DNA of 64,000 bases from an uncultured Acidobacteriota bacterium (GTDB taxonomy: Bacteria; Acidobacteriota; Terriglobia; Bryobacterales; UBA6623): NCBI GenBank assembly GCA_963817465.1, contig CAWFOP010000022.1:586152-650151 (forward strand), read 5' to 3'. The position numbers were made by a program, and so were the translations under genes. This document shows positions 36,791-47,574 of the stretch, one piece after another; positions within the stretch are counted from its first letter, which is position 1; every line of letters starts with the position of its first letter. The notes under the pieces were generated by a model that saw only the letters and a program-made list of their open reading frames with translations, did no database searches and had not been told where the DNA came from.

Positions 36791-37956
36791 TTAGCTCTTG
36801 CGGCGAAAATCCGTGAGCGCCGCCGCCAGCGCCTCGACGTCTTGCGCATTGTTGAAGAAGTGCGGCGAGACGCGCAGCGCGCCCTTTCGCGCGGCGGCGA
36901 CGATCTTGCGCGTGTGCAGCTCTTCCGCCAGCTTGTCGACGTCCCAGCCCGGCAGCCGCGCCGCGACGATCGGCCCTTCGAACCAGGGACTCGAGTCGGC
37001 AAGCGGCTCGCCGCCCGCTTGACGAATCGCCTGGCGGACGCACTCCGCGATCTCGGCTGTGCGGCGGAAGATCGACTCTCGGCTGCAGCTCTTCGTAGAG
37101 ACCCAAAATCGCGCCCAGAGCCGCCAAGCCGCTGAAATTCAAGATGCCGCCTTCGAACAGCGCCGCCTCTTCCGGCAGTTCCGGCGCCCCGTCGCGGAGC
37201 TTGGTGACCTCGCGCCAATCGCGATGGCTGCGCCAGCTCACCACCGTCGGCCGCAACCGCTCGCGCGCCTCCGGACGGAGATAGAGGAACCCGGCCCCGG
37301 CGGGCGCCAGCATCCATTTGTAGGCATGCACGAGGACTGCGTCCGCCTTAACGTCCTCCACGTCGAGCGGTATGGCGCCGACGCCTTGCGTTCCGTCGAT
37401 CAAGAACAGGGCGCCGGCCTGGCGCACGGCCGCGCCGATCTCGGCCAACGGCGGTCGGAAGCCGGTTGAGTAGCTCAAGCGCGCTCATCATGACGATGCG
37501 AGTGCGGTCGGTGATCCGTCCGACGAAGTCGTCCAAGTCGAAGGCCTCGCCGGCCGGAGCTTGATCGAAGACAACGCCGCGGTCGGCCAACATGAGCGGA
37601 GCGTATTGGTTGTTGGGGAACTCGCTCTCGAACCCCAGGATGCGGTCACCTGGCCGCCAATCGAGCCCGTGCAGAATCCACGACAGCGCGACGCCTGCGC
37701 TCGGAATGAAAGCGATATCTTCGCGCGCTGCCGCGCCTAACAGACGCGCGGCCTGGTCGCGGACGGTATCAACTTCGTCAAAAAGCGCGACTGGATCGTG
37801 TGATGGCTCGGCGGAGCGGCGCTCGAGCTGCCGCCGGGCCGCCTCGACCGCACGCCGCGGCATGGGCCCGAAGGTGGCTGTGTTGAAGTAGGTCCACTCG
37901 GATAGGACAGGGAATTCGGACCGCACCGCGGACCAGTCGATGGCGTTGCTCGGCAC
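36791..37956 (-). pseudogene. class-V aminotransferase / cysteine desulfurase-like PLP enzyme, two +1 frame breaks
   Basis: Three frames join: (V)PSNAIDWSAVRSEFPVL...MMSA | LSYSTGFRPPLAEIG...HAYKW...YEELQP | ESIFRRTAEIAEC...VSPHFFNNAQDVEAL...*. Junctions lie near 37480 and 37079. Stop is TAA at 36791-36793. Start is taken at GTG 37956; the ORF-track start 38070 is less likely. Confidence 0.8.
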
Positions 37957-38034
37957 CGACCCATTATTGAACGGCGACCGCCGACCGAGTGAACGCTGAC
38001 CGGGACGACCTGCTCGTGGGGCGTCCTTGGTGTG

Positions 38035-38106
38035 ACGGGGACAGTCGACACGCGGGTTCGAGCGTTGCACCGGGTTCGGGCTTCATGGGATAGTCCCCCT
38101 CGGCGG
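38035..38106 (+). repeat. GC-rich ~72-nt element, copy A (thiC 5' side), closed by GGGGAC/GTCCCC
   Basis: Shares the blocks GGGGAC, ACACGCGGGTTC, GCGTTG, CGGGTTCGGG, TCCCC and GCGG with the reverse complement of 39591-39646. Confidence 0.8.
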
Positions 38107-38118
38107 TCGGCGTGTCCG

Positions 38119-39570
<1,452 letters not shown>

Positions 39571-39590
39571 GGCAAAAGGCCCGCGGACGC

Positions 39591-39646
39591 CCGCAGAGGG
39601 GACCCCGAACCCGATACAACGCCGGAACCCGCGTGTGTCCCCTCGT
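39591..39646 (-). repeat. GC-rich element, copy B (thiC 3' side, inverted), closed by GAGGGGA/TCCCCTC
   Basis: The reverse complement aligns to 38035-38106 with ~48 of 53 ungapped positions identical by hand alignment, plus indels of 2, 5 and ~13 nt. Confidence 0.8.
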
Positions 39647-39827
39647 ACCGTGAACTAACTCCGGGGAGCAGGCGAGACGTGGCCACGCGTGTGACGCGTG
39701 CGCAGGCCTTCCCTCGATTCGTAGGCCAACGCCCTAAGCCTCTCATCGGTTGGTGTCGGGTTTCGGCGGCTTTCCGCGCACATTTGATCGAAAGGGAGTT
39801 CAAGCCGACTCCCCGGGGACAAATGCC

Positions 39828-40350
39828 ATGAAGACAATTCGACTCAGCGCGATGCTCGGAATCCTCACCTTGTTCGGGATGTTCGCCGCCGGCGCCATGA
39901 GACCGAACGAGCGCGTCAGCCGGGAAGTTCGCAGCGAGCTGCTGCGGCTGCCGCAATACGGCGTGTTCGACTACCTGGAGTTTCGTCTTTCCGGCGGCGT
40001 GGTCATCCTCGAAGGCTCAGTCACGCAACCGGCGCTGAAGGCCTCGGCGGAAACGGGCGGCGGCGAGCGTCACAGGCGTTTCACGCGTCGTCAACCGGAT
40101 CGAAGTACTGCCGAAATCGGAGAGCGATGACCGGCTGCGCCAGGCGGTGTATCGTTCGATCTACTTCCACCCGCTGTTCCAAGAGCTTGCGGCACGAGGA
40201 GCGCCGCCGGTGAGGATCATCGTCGACAACGGCGAAGTCTACCTCAAGGGACTCGTTCCGGACGAGCAGACTCGAGAAGTCGCCGAAGCTCGCGCGAGCT
40301 CCGCATCCGGCGTGGGCGAAGTTGAAAATTCGCTGACCGTGCGGCGCTAG
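39828..40350 (+). pseudogene. BON-domain (OsmY-like) periplasmic protein, one +1 frame break
   Basis: Signal peptide MKTIRLSAMLGILTLFGMFAAGA. First BON (VFDYLEFRLSGGVVILEGSV). Expected ...ASVTGVSRVVNRIEVLP... is in the +1 frame and continues into 40147-40350. Junction near 40055-40066. Length is 3n+1. Confidence 0.75.
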
Positions 40351-40373
40351 AACCCACATCAACGATCCCGGGG

Positions 40374-40584
40374 TCAGTGGGCGGTCCTCTTGTTCGCGCT
40401 CGCCCTCGGGATCGGTCGACCAAGCTCGCCGCGCCGTCGCCAGCCACTCGCCTATCACGACCTGGAGATTCTGCAGCGCTTCGCTTCGCGTTCGGCCGTC
40501 GGCCGCGCAGTACTGCAGATCCGGCGCTTCGGCGACATACGCTTGATCGTCCGGACTCCAGTAGATCATCACCTCGTACTGCAT
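40374..40584 (-). pseudogene. hicB: HicB-family (UPF0150) antitoxin-like protein, one +1 frame break, no adjacent HicA
   Basis: MQYEVMIYWSPDDQAYVAEAPDLQYCAADGRTRSEALQNLQVVIGEWLATA, then in the +1 frame R-ELGRPIPRASANKRTAH*. Junction near 40428-40434. Length is 3n+1. Confidence 0.65.
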
Positions 40585-40612
40585 CCTCGATCCCCTTGTT
40601 GGCTTTGCGCGG

Positions 40613-42115
40613 CTAGATGTCGAACGGTGCGTCGTCGTCGTCGTAGCTCGCCGCCGGAGGCTCGCCCGGTTCGCCTACGCCGATGTCGTCGGCCAAGTTG
40701 TCGAACTTGGCGAACTTGTTGAGGAAGGCCAGCCGCAGTTTTCCGGTCGGGCCGTTCCTTTGCTTGGAGATGATCAGCTCGGCGACCCCGCGCAAGTCCT
40801 CCCGGTCCGGCTTGTAGACCTCTTCGCGGAAGATGAACATCACCACGTCGGCGTCCTGCTCGATCGAGCCTGATTCGCGCAGGTCGGCGAGCATCGGGCG
40901 GTGGTCGCCTTGGCGCTGCTCCGGCGCGCGGCTGAGCTGCGACAGCGCGACCACCGGTAGGTCCAGATCTTTGGCCAGCAGCTTCAGCCCTCGCGAGAAC
41001 GCCGAAATCTCTTGGGTGCGGTTCTCGACGCGCCCCTTCGACGCCATCAATTGCAGGTAGTCGACCACGACCAGCGAAAGCCCGTGCTCGGCGCGCAGCC
41101 GGCGGCATTTTGCGGCGATCTCCATGACGTTGGTGTTCGCCGCATCGTCGATGAACAGCTTGGAGTTGACGAGCTTGTGCAGGCCGGCGTTGAGCTTACG
41201 CCTCTCGTCGGCGTTGAGGTAGCCGCCGCGAAAGCGGTGCTGATCGACGCGCGCCTCGGCGCAAAGCATGCGCGTGAGCAGCGACTCCTTCGACATCTCG
41301 AGCGAGAACAGCGCGACCGCCTTGGCCGGGTCGTCCGGCCCGTTGTCCATCGCCACGTGCTGCGCGATGTTGAGCGCCAACGATGTCTTGCCCATCGCGG
41401 GCCGCGCCGCGATGATGATCAGCTCGCCGCCGTGCATGCCCGTCGTCATTTCGTCGAGCTTCAGGAATGGACCCGATAGGCCCTTCACGCGGCGGCTCGG
41501 GTCGAGGAAGGCCTGCATGCCGCCGGCGTAGCCGTCGATGATCGCGCGCGGGTTCGACAGCCCCGTCCGCAACTGCGCGTCGCCGACCTTCATGATCGAG
41601 CTCTCGGCGTCGGCCAAGATGTCGTCCACCTCGTCGGCCGAGTCCACGCACTGCGAAATGATGTTCTGCGAGGTGTAGATCAACTGCCGCAGCAGCGATT
41701 TCTCTTTGACGATGCGGATGTAGCTGTCGATCGACGTCAGCCGCGGCAGTCCTTCGGTCAGCGATGCGATGTAGGCGATGCCGTCGATGGATTCGAGCTG
41801 AGAATGCTTGTCGAGAGCTTCGACGAGCGTCAGATATTCGATCCTCTCGCCTCGCTCGCTCAGATCACGCATCCGCGAGAAAATGCGCTTGTGCTTCTCG
41901 ACAGTGAAGTCCTCGGCTTCGAGCGCGCCCGCGACTTGCGGGAAGACCTGGTCGTCCAGCAGAACGGATCCCAGGACAAAGCGCTCGGCTTCGAGGTTGG
42001 ATGGAAGGCCCTTCTCGAGGACCCGGTTTTCGGCAGCGGCCTGGCTGGTGGTGTTCACGAAGTTCCGAGAGTAACCGCTCGATCCCCAAGTCCCAAGCTT
42101 TTCTTCGTGCTCCAT
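40613..42115 (-). CDS. dnaB: replicative DNA helicase DnaB
   Basis: PSNLEAERFVLGSVLLD N-domain. Walker A ARPAMGKTS. SLEMS, VVDYLQLM, ALSQLSR. Start is taken at ATG 42115; an upstream in-frame start exists at 42208. Confidence 0.93.
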   Translation of the reverse strand: MEHEEKLGTWGSSGYSRNFVNTTSQAAAENRVLEKGLPSNLEAERFVLGSVLLDDQVFPQVAGALEAEDFTVEKHKRIFSRMRDLSERGERIEYLTLVEALDKHSQLESIDGIAYIASLTEGLPRLTSIDSYIRIVKEKSLLRQLIYTSQNIISQCVDSADEVDDILADAESSIMKVGDAQLRTGLSNPRAIIDGYAGGMQAFLDPSRRVKGLSGPFLKLDEMTTGMHGGELIIIAARPAMGKTSLALNIAQHVAMDNGPDDPAKAVALFSLEMSKESLLTRMLCAEARVDQHRFRGGYLNADERRKLNAGLHKLVNSKLFIDDAANTNVMEIAAKCRRLRAEHGLSLVVVDYLQLMASKGRVENRTQEISAFSRGLKLLAKDLDLPVVALSQLSRAPEQRQGDHRPMLADLRESGSIEQDADVVMFIFREEVYKPDREDLRGVAELIISKQRNGPTGKLRLAFLNKFAKFDNLADDIGVGEPGEPPAASYDDDDAPFDI

Positions 42116-42226
42116 AAAGCCTTTGTTTTCAGCCGTTCCGGTTGTTGATGGTTCTTGCTCCGCGATAGCAGCCGCTCCGGCTTCGGCGCAGGGCGCAAAT
42201 TGTTGCAAAGACGTAACTTACCGGCG

Positions 42227-42343
42227 TGTGGAAAAGGCTGTGGAAATTCAGTGGAGTCTACATGGAAGACTAAGTCTTTTAGATTCAATCAACTAAAGCT
42301 GTTGCGAATTCGTAACAGAATGTTCCACGAGCGTTTTTCCACA
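42227..42343. promoter_or_regulatory. cluster of DnaA-box-like 9-mers in the AT-rich dnaB/rmuC divergent spacer
   Basis: TGTGGAAAA 42227-42235 (rc TTTTCCACA fits TTWTNCACA). TGTGGAAAT 42239-42247 (1 mismatch). TTTTCCACA 42335-42343 (fits). Weaker TGTTCCACG at 42321-42329. Confidence 0.4.
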
Positions 42344-42397
42344 CGTATCATCGCCTCTTGTTCGCCATCAAGTCAACGAATGAGATAGGCTGTTGGG

Positions 42398-43672
42398 TTG
42401 TTCACGCAAGCCATCGGCCTGTTTCTGCTCCTGCTGGCGATCGCGCTGCTGGTTTGGATCGTGCTGCAGACCCAGTCGCGCCGCGGCGACGTTGCGGCCG
42501 CCATCGAGCGCCTCGACGCCCGGCTCGACGAACAAGGCAAGCAGTTCAGCGGGGTCCGCGAGCAGCAGCTCAGAAGTGTCGCCGAGCTGCAGCAAAGCGT
42601 GATCGAGCGCTTCGGGAGTCTTCGCGAGGGATTCGAGAAACGTCAGGCCGAGACGCAACAAAACCTCGCCGCAACGTTGCAGAGCGGCGTCGACCGCGTG
42701 CAGCGTCAGGTGGGGGAGAACCTGACGCGCAACACGGACGACCTGGTCAAGCGCATGGAGGCCCTCACGCGCTCGACCGACGAACGCTTGCAGCAGATCA
42801 GCGGGCAAGTGGACAAACGCCTTGCCGAGGGTTTCGAAAAGACGAACGCCACGTTTTCTCAGGTCCGCGAGCGGCTGGCCGTCATCGACTCGGCGCAGCA
42901 GAAGATCACCGAGCTGTCGACCAACGTGGTCAGCCTGCAGCGCGTGCTGGCCGACCGCACCTCGCGCGGCGCTTTCGGCGAAGTGCAACTGCACGCGCTG
43001 GTTGCCAATGTCTTGCCCGACTCGGCCTACCAGATGCAGTACACGCTCGTGAACGGCAAGCGCGTCGACTGCATTCTGTATCTGCCCGAGCCGACCGGGA
43101 AACTGCCGATCGACTCGAAATTTCCGCTCGACAACTTCCGCCGCCTGGCCGACCCGGAGGCGAGCGACGAGGTGCGCAAGCAAGCCGAGCGCGACTTCGC
43201 CCGCGACGTGCAGATGCACATCGACGACGTGGCGTCGAAGTACATCATCCCGGGCGAGACCGCCGCCGGAGCGATCCTATTCGTCCCGGCTGAAGCGGTG
43301 TTCGCCGAGATCCACGGCCGCTACCCCGAGCTGGTCGAGCGCGCCCAGCGCAAGCGCGTCTGGATCACGTCGCCCACGACGTTGATGGCGGTGCTGACCA
43401 CCGCCGCGGCCGTTCTTAAGGACTCCGAGACCCGCAAGCAGGTGCATTTGATCCAGGAGCACCTGCGCCTGCTCGCCCAAGACTTCGACCGCTTCCAGGA
43501 CCGCATGAACAAGCTCGCGCAGCATATCGACCAAGCGCACCGCGACGTTGAGCAGGTCAACACCTCAGCTCGCAAGATTTCGGGCCGGTTCAGCAAGATC
43601 GAAAGGCTCGACCTCAGCGGCGAGCGGCAGTCGGAATTGCCGTTGTTGTCGGAGGACAACGACGATTCCTAG
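42398..43672 (+). CDS. rmuC: DNA recombination protein RmuC
   Basis: 424 aa. N-terminal TM, long coiled coil, conserved C-terminal nuclease-like region (...VDCILYLPE..., PIDSKFP, FVPAEAVF). TTG start. Confidence 0.88.
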   Translation: MFTQAIGLFLLLLAIALLVWIVLQTQSRRGDVAAAIERLDARLDEQGKQFSGVREQQLRSVAELQQSVIERFGSLREGFEKRQAETQQNLAATLQSGVDRVQRQVGENLTRNTDDLVKRMEALTRSTDERLQQISGQVDKRLAEGFEKTNATFSQVRERLAVIDSAQQKITELSTNVVSLQRVLADRTSRGAFGEVQLHALVANVLPDSAYQMQYTLVNGKRVDCILYLPEPTGKLPIDSKFPLDNFRRLADPEASDEVRKQAERDFARDVQMHIDDVASKYIIPGETAAGAILFVPAEAVFAEIHGRYPELVERAQRKRVWITSPTTLMAVLTTAAAVLKDSETRKQVHLIQEHLRLLAQDFDRFQDRMNKLAQHIDQAHRDVEQVNTSARKISGRFSKIERLDLSGERQSELPLLSEDNDDS

Positions 43673-43690
43673 ATTGGGCAGGCGGCCGGT

Positions 43691-45334
43691 TCACGTCCGG
43701 CTGGTCGTGGATTCGCCGCCGAACAAGGACGGCTGCGGCGGCTCCGCGGGCCGCTGCTCCCACGGCAGCACGCCGTCGCAGCGCTCGCGGTAGTATGGCG
43801 TGGGGTCGGGGACCTCGGCGATCACGATTCCCGGACCGCGCTGCAAGGCGGCCCCGTCCATCGCGGAGAACCCCGCCAAGCGGAACGGCTTGAGTTGGAA
43901 CCACGGATCGAGCTTGACTCCGTCGCCGCTCTCCGCGAAATCGAGCCCGATCGTTTGCGTGTCCATGCGGTAGCGGCGCCCTTGGAACGTCCACTGCTGG
44001 TAGACCAGCTCGCCCGTGCGGTCGGGCTTCATCCGCAAGCCGACGACGGGGATTTGATCCAGAGACACGCCCGTCGCGAAGCCCTGGAACGTCCCGTCGG
44101 CGTACACGAACTCGCGCCCGTTTCGTGCGCCGGCAAGGCTGCAATCGATCGGTGTGACGACGATTTCCGGTTTGCCGTGACGCGACGGATATCCGAACGT
44201 TTCACGGCCGGCGACGATCTCGACGCCCGGGCTCACGACGTGCGAAACGATGTACCAGGCCGCTCGACCCTCGACGACCGAGAATGCGAAAAGCCAAAGC
44301 TCGTCGTAGGCGACCGGGACGTTGGCGCTTTGGTTGACGCGCAAGCCGAGGATCTTGATCATCGGGCGGCCCAAGCCGCGGCAGGGCGGCGGCAGGAGCG
44401 CCTCATGCGTCTCGCGGCTGATCATCGCCTCGACCTCGACAATCTCGAGTTGTTCGAGCTCGGTTTCCTTGCGCCCGCGCCATTGCTCCACTTCTGCGTC
44501 GCTCAAGCGCGCCGCCGTCGCAGTGTCCGGCCAGCCTTCCGGCCGCCAGACTCGCCCCTGCGCCGAAGGGCGGCGATAGCGCAGCGGCGCCCACGCGTTC
44601 ATTTCCGCCGACCCGAGCGACGCCGCTTTTTGGCTGGACGCGTCCAGACTGCGCGGGCCCGTCCGCCAAGCCGCGACCGGCTCGCCGATCGGCAGCTCCG
44701 ACGCCGGAGCCAGCGGCGTACGGGTCTTCCAAGAGACCTTGATCGCGTCGGGCGCCAGCGCTCGTGCGTCGCTTTCGCCCCATGCGAGGCGCCGCACCTC
44801 CGCCGGAGCGTCCAGCGGTCCTTGTCGCCAATCCGGATTGAGCGTGAAGGCGGGGAACAGGAGACTCTCCGGGGAGTGCTCGGTCGCCTGGACTTCTGCG
44901 TCCGCTTGGCTGACCGCCAGCTCGAGCAAGGGCTCGCCGCCGACCGCGACGCGAGCCGTGTAGCCGCCCGGCGTTTGCTCGACGGCGATGTCCGCCGACT
45001 GCGCACCCAGCCCGTAGCGCTCGCGGGCCACCAGCAGCTCGCGCTCGCTTGAAATCCAGAGGCCGACGGGGAGCCAGCCGTCGGCGTCAGCGAACTTCGC
45101 GCGCACCAGGGCCCGCGCCCAAAAACCTTCGCCGGGCGAGCCGCCGAAGTCGATCTGGGCCAGCGACTCGACAAACTCGAAGCCGGGCGGCAACAAGCGC
45201 TTCAGCCGCTCCGCATCCGTGTTAAAGCGCAGGCCCGCCAAACCGTCCGGCGGGGACTGTGCGGGCAGCAAGGCGCCGGCCCCCAGCGCCGCGGAAGCCA
45301 GCAGCCACTCTCGTCTCGTGATGCTTACGCGCAA
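43691..45334 (-). CDS. Tat-signal protein with two tandem acetoacetate-decarboxylase (ADC)-fold domains
   Basis: 547 aa. Twin-arginine signal SITRREWLLASAALGAGALL. Each half has an ADC-family-like core (VARERYGLGAQ; VAGRETFGYPSRHGK). Confidence 0.75.
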   Translation of the reverse strand: MRVSITRREWLLASAALGAGALLPAQSPPDGLAGLRFNTDAERLKRLLPPGFEFVESLAQIDFGGSPGEGFWARALVRAKFADADGWLPVGLWISSERELLVARERYGLGAQSADIAVEQTPGGYTARVAVGGEPLLELAVSQADAEVQATEHSPESLLFPAFTLNPDWRQGPLDAPAEVRRLAWGESDARALAPDAIKVSWKTRTPLAPASELPIGEPVAAWRTGPRSLDASSQKAASLGSAEMNAWAPLRYRRPSAQGRVWRPEGWPDTATAARLSDAEVEQWRGRKETELEQLEIVEVEAMISRETHEALLPPPCRGLGRPMIKILGLRVNQSANVPVAYDELWLFAFSVVEGRAAWYIVSHVVSPGVEIVAGRETFGYPSRHGKPEIVVTPIDCSLAGARNGREFVYADGTFQGFATGVSLDQIPVVGLRMKPDRTGELVYQQWTFQGRRYRMDTQTIGLDFAESGDGVKLDPWFQLKPFRLAGFSAMDGAALQRGPGIVIAEVPDPTPYYRERCDGVLPWEQRPAEPPQPSLFGGESTTSRT

Positions 45335-45344
45335 GCTTCTTATG

Positions 45345-46256
45345 CTAACGGATGGGCGGCTCTTCGTCTGCGATTCGCCAGCCCTTGCGCGCTCTGACGG
45401 GCAAGTCGATGCGCCGGTCGCCGTCCATCAGAAAGGCTTTCACGTCCAACTGGAGAAATCCGCTCGGCGGCGTCTGGGGACGTTCGTAGCGAATCAGATA
45501 GAGTCGGCTCAAGGCGTCTAGAGCCTCCTTCATCGCATCGCTGTATCCGGCCTCGCAATTTGGGCAGAAGTAGCGTCCCCCGGTTTGCGCGGACAGAGCG
45601 CGAAGCAGCATCTCTCCCCGCTGCGAGCGTTGGCTGTCCGCCGCCTCCTCGCCCAGCGAACCGCCCGTCAGCAGAGCATGGATGATGACGCCGGACGCCT
45701 CGGCTTGATGCAGCACCTCGGCGTATGTCGCCTTGCTGAAGGAATCGCGCCCGCTACCGATCAACAGTACGGCGCGCGGCGCGGGCGCCTGAGAGGCCGC
45801 ATGCAAAGTGCGTGCGATCGCGTCAAATGTGTCCGTTTCGTTCCATGCGGACTGCCTCATCTCCGCATAAGCTCCCGCGATGCTCAGAACCTCGGAACTC
45901 AAAGGGGCTTCGACTCGAGCGCCGCTCCCGTACGAGACCAAAGCGTAGGAATGGACGTCGGGCGCGTGGCGCAAAAAGGCTCGCATCGCGCTGCGCGTCT
46001 CATTGAGAACCTGCCACGAGCGGCCAGTGTTCTCGACCAGCAGGATCAGGGAAGCCGAGTCGACACGTTCCACGGCGAGAATCGGCCGCAACACCCCTGC
46101 CTCCCGCACGGCGAAATTGCCCGGTTGCAGCGAGGTTTCACCCGGATCGACCTCGACGTAAAGGTCGATGGAGGTCTCCGAGCGGACATCCTCGGCAGTG
46201 GCTAGAGCCAGCGGGATTGCAGCCAGCAGAAAAACGGCGATCGGCCGGAGCGTCAT
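45345..46256 (-). CDS. secreted VWA-domain protein (acidobacterial VWFA-related type)
   Basis: 303 aa. Signal peptide. LILLVENTGRS ... TDTFDAI ... VLLIGSGRDS pattern of a VWA fold. C-terminal GRYF...LYLIRY block. Confidence 0.7.
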   Translation of the reverse strand: MTLRPIAVFLLAAIPLALATAEDVRSETSIDLYVEVDPGETSLQPGNFAVREAGVLRPILAVERVDSASLILLVENTGRSWQVLNETRSAMRAFLRHAPDVHSYALVSYGSGARVEAPLSSEVLSIAGAYAEMRQSAWNETDTFDAIARTLHAASQAPAPRAVLLIGSGRDSFSKATYAEVLHQAEASGVIIHALLTGGSLGEEAADSQRSQRGEMLLRALSAQTGGRYFCPNCEAGYSDAMKEALDALSRLYLIRYERPQTPPSGFLQLDVKAFLMDGDRRIDLPVRARKGWRIADEEPPIR

Positions 46257-46308
46257 GGCGCTATCCTCCTACGGGAGACGTAGCAAGACGGGCGCCAATG
46301 GGCGGTCG

Positions 46309-47535
46309 CTAGCTCCGCAGCAGGTCGGCGCGTTTGGGCCGCAGCTTGTTGAAGTCCGCTCCGGAGATCACGTAATACCAATCGGCGAAGCGGGCGCGCA
46401 GCTCGTCGCCCAATTCTTTGCCCTTGTCGGCGTCGCCCTTGTAGTTGTCCGCCCGCGCCTTGTCGAAATTGACCGTGATGAAGACGTACCGCCGCTCTCC
46501 GCTTTCCTCGTTGTCGTCCCCGTCCTTGGCCGCCTGACCCGACGAGGCGACCTCGCCGAAGCGCAGCGTGTATTGCAGCCCGTTTTTGGTCTCGACGATG
46601 ATCTCGCCTTCGTTGGACAGCAGTTGTCCGCTGAACTGATTGACGAAGAAGCCCTTGTCGCGCAGGGATTGAAAGCTCTCCATCGTCAGGCGCAGGCCTT
46701 TGTCGGTCTTCAGATCGCTGCTCAGGCCTTCGGGCTTAGACTGTACGTCGACGATGCGCAGGTTGTCGAGCGCGCTGGTCAAGTCCGACATCTTGGCGCT
46801 GTTCGGCTTGCGCGAACCCAGCATCCAATCATCGCCCTTCTTCGTCAGATCCATCTTCTCGGTGTTCTCGATGCGTCCCGCGCGCTCGTTGATCGAGTAG
46901 CTGTTGATCGAGATGCGGCGGAGATCGGCGGCGTCGATCTTGAGCAGATCCGTTTCGATCCAGTCTTGAAACTTCGCCGAGATGTCCGCGTCGGTTTGAA
47001 CGGCGTAGACGCGCCGCTGCCCCGGCACCCGCATGTAGCGGAAGCCCTGCTTGCCTTCGACGGGTTTGCCCATCACGAAATCCGCCAGCACCTCGCCCTC
47101 GCCGTCGCGCAGGGTTACGCGTTTGCCTCGCCCCACCAGCGAAGTCGCGCTCTCGTCAAGCGGGTCGATTACGCCGTACTTCGCGTGGTCTTCGTTGTTC
47201 TCCGAGACGACGATGTCCTTCTTCAGCTCGATTAACGCCGCGGCAGTGCTCGCTAGGCGCTGTTCCGCGTCGGCGGGATAGTTGTTGTGCGATGGGATGA
47301 TCCACTTGTTGTCACGCAACTCCACCTTGATCGGGGTCGCCGTAGCCGTCTCCTCGTCATAGTCGACGACTTCGATCGCCTTGGGCGCTTGCGGATCGGT
47401 GAACTTCGGGAAGAACAGCTCGCCCTGGTCGGAGAAGATGTCGGGAGTGCCGGCGCCGGGATCCACGACCATCGCCGCCGCGGCCAGCGCCACGGCGCCC
47501 AAACAGAACAGCAGAGTTTTCTTCAGCTCGTTCAT
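46309..47535 (-). CDS. DUF4340-domain protein (accessory to GldG-type ABC systems)
   Basis: 408 aa. N-terminal anchor. Composition and position immediately downstream of the GldF/GldG-like gene, as is typical for DUF4340. Confidence 0.7.
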   Translation of the reverse strand: MNELKKTLLFCLGAVALAAAAMVVDPGAGTPDIFSDQGELFFPKFTDPQAPKAIEVVDYDEETATATPIKVELRDNKWIIPSHNNYPADAEQRLASTAAALIELKKDIVVSENNEDHAKYGVIDPLDESATSLVGRGKRVTLRDGEGEVLADFVMGKPVEGKQGFRYMRVPGQRRVYAVQTDADISAKFQDWIETDLLKIDAADLRRISINSYSINERAGRIENTEKMDLTKKGDDWMLGSRKPNSAKMSDLTSALDNLRIVDVQSKPEGLSSDLKTDKGLRLTMESFQSLRDKGFFVNQFSGQLLSNEGEIIVETKNGLQYTLRFGEVASSGQAAKDGDDNEESGERRYVFITVNFDKARADNYKGDADKGKELGDELRARFADWYYVISGADFNKLRPKRADLLRS

Positions 47536-47574
47536 CAGCTTTGCCTAGTAGCACAGAGACTCAGACTGTAACCG

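Noticed and set aside
37957-38070. An N-terminal extension of the aminotransferase to GTG 38070, possibly a Tat signal because of GRRSPF.
   Set aside because: No hydrophobic h-region follows the RR. The typical family N-terminus (…IDWSAVRSEFPVL) begins right after GTG 37956. The extension would also cover the thiC leader and repeat copy A.
42209-42397. Calling this spacer the chromosomal origin (oriC).
   Set aside because: Only two good and two weak DnaA-box-like 9-mers are present. dnaA/dnaN are not adjacent, no obvious AT-rich 13-mer DUE repeats are seen, and skew cannot be computed from one window. It is kept only as a DnaA-box cluster.
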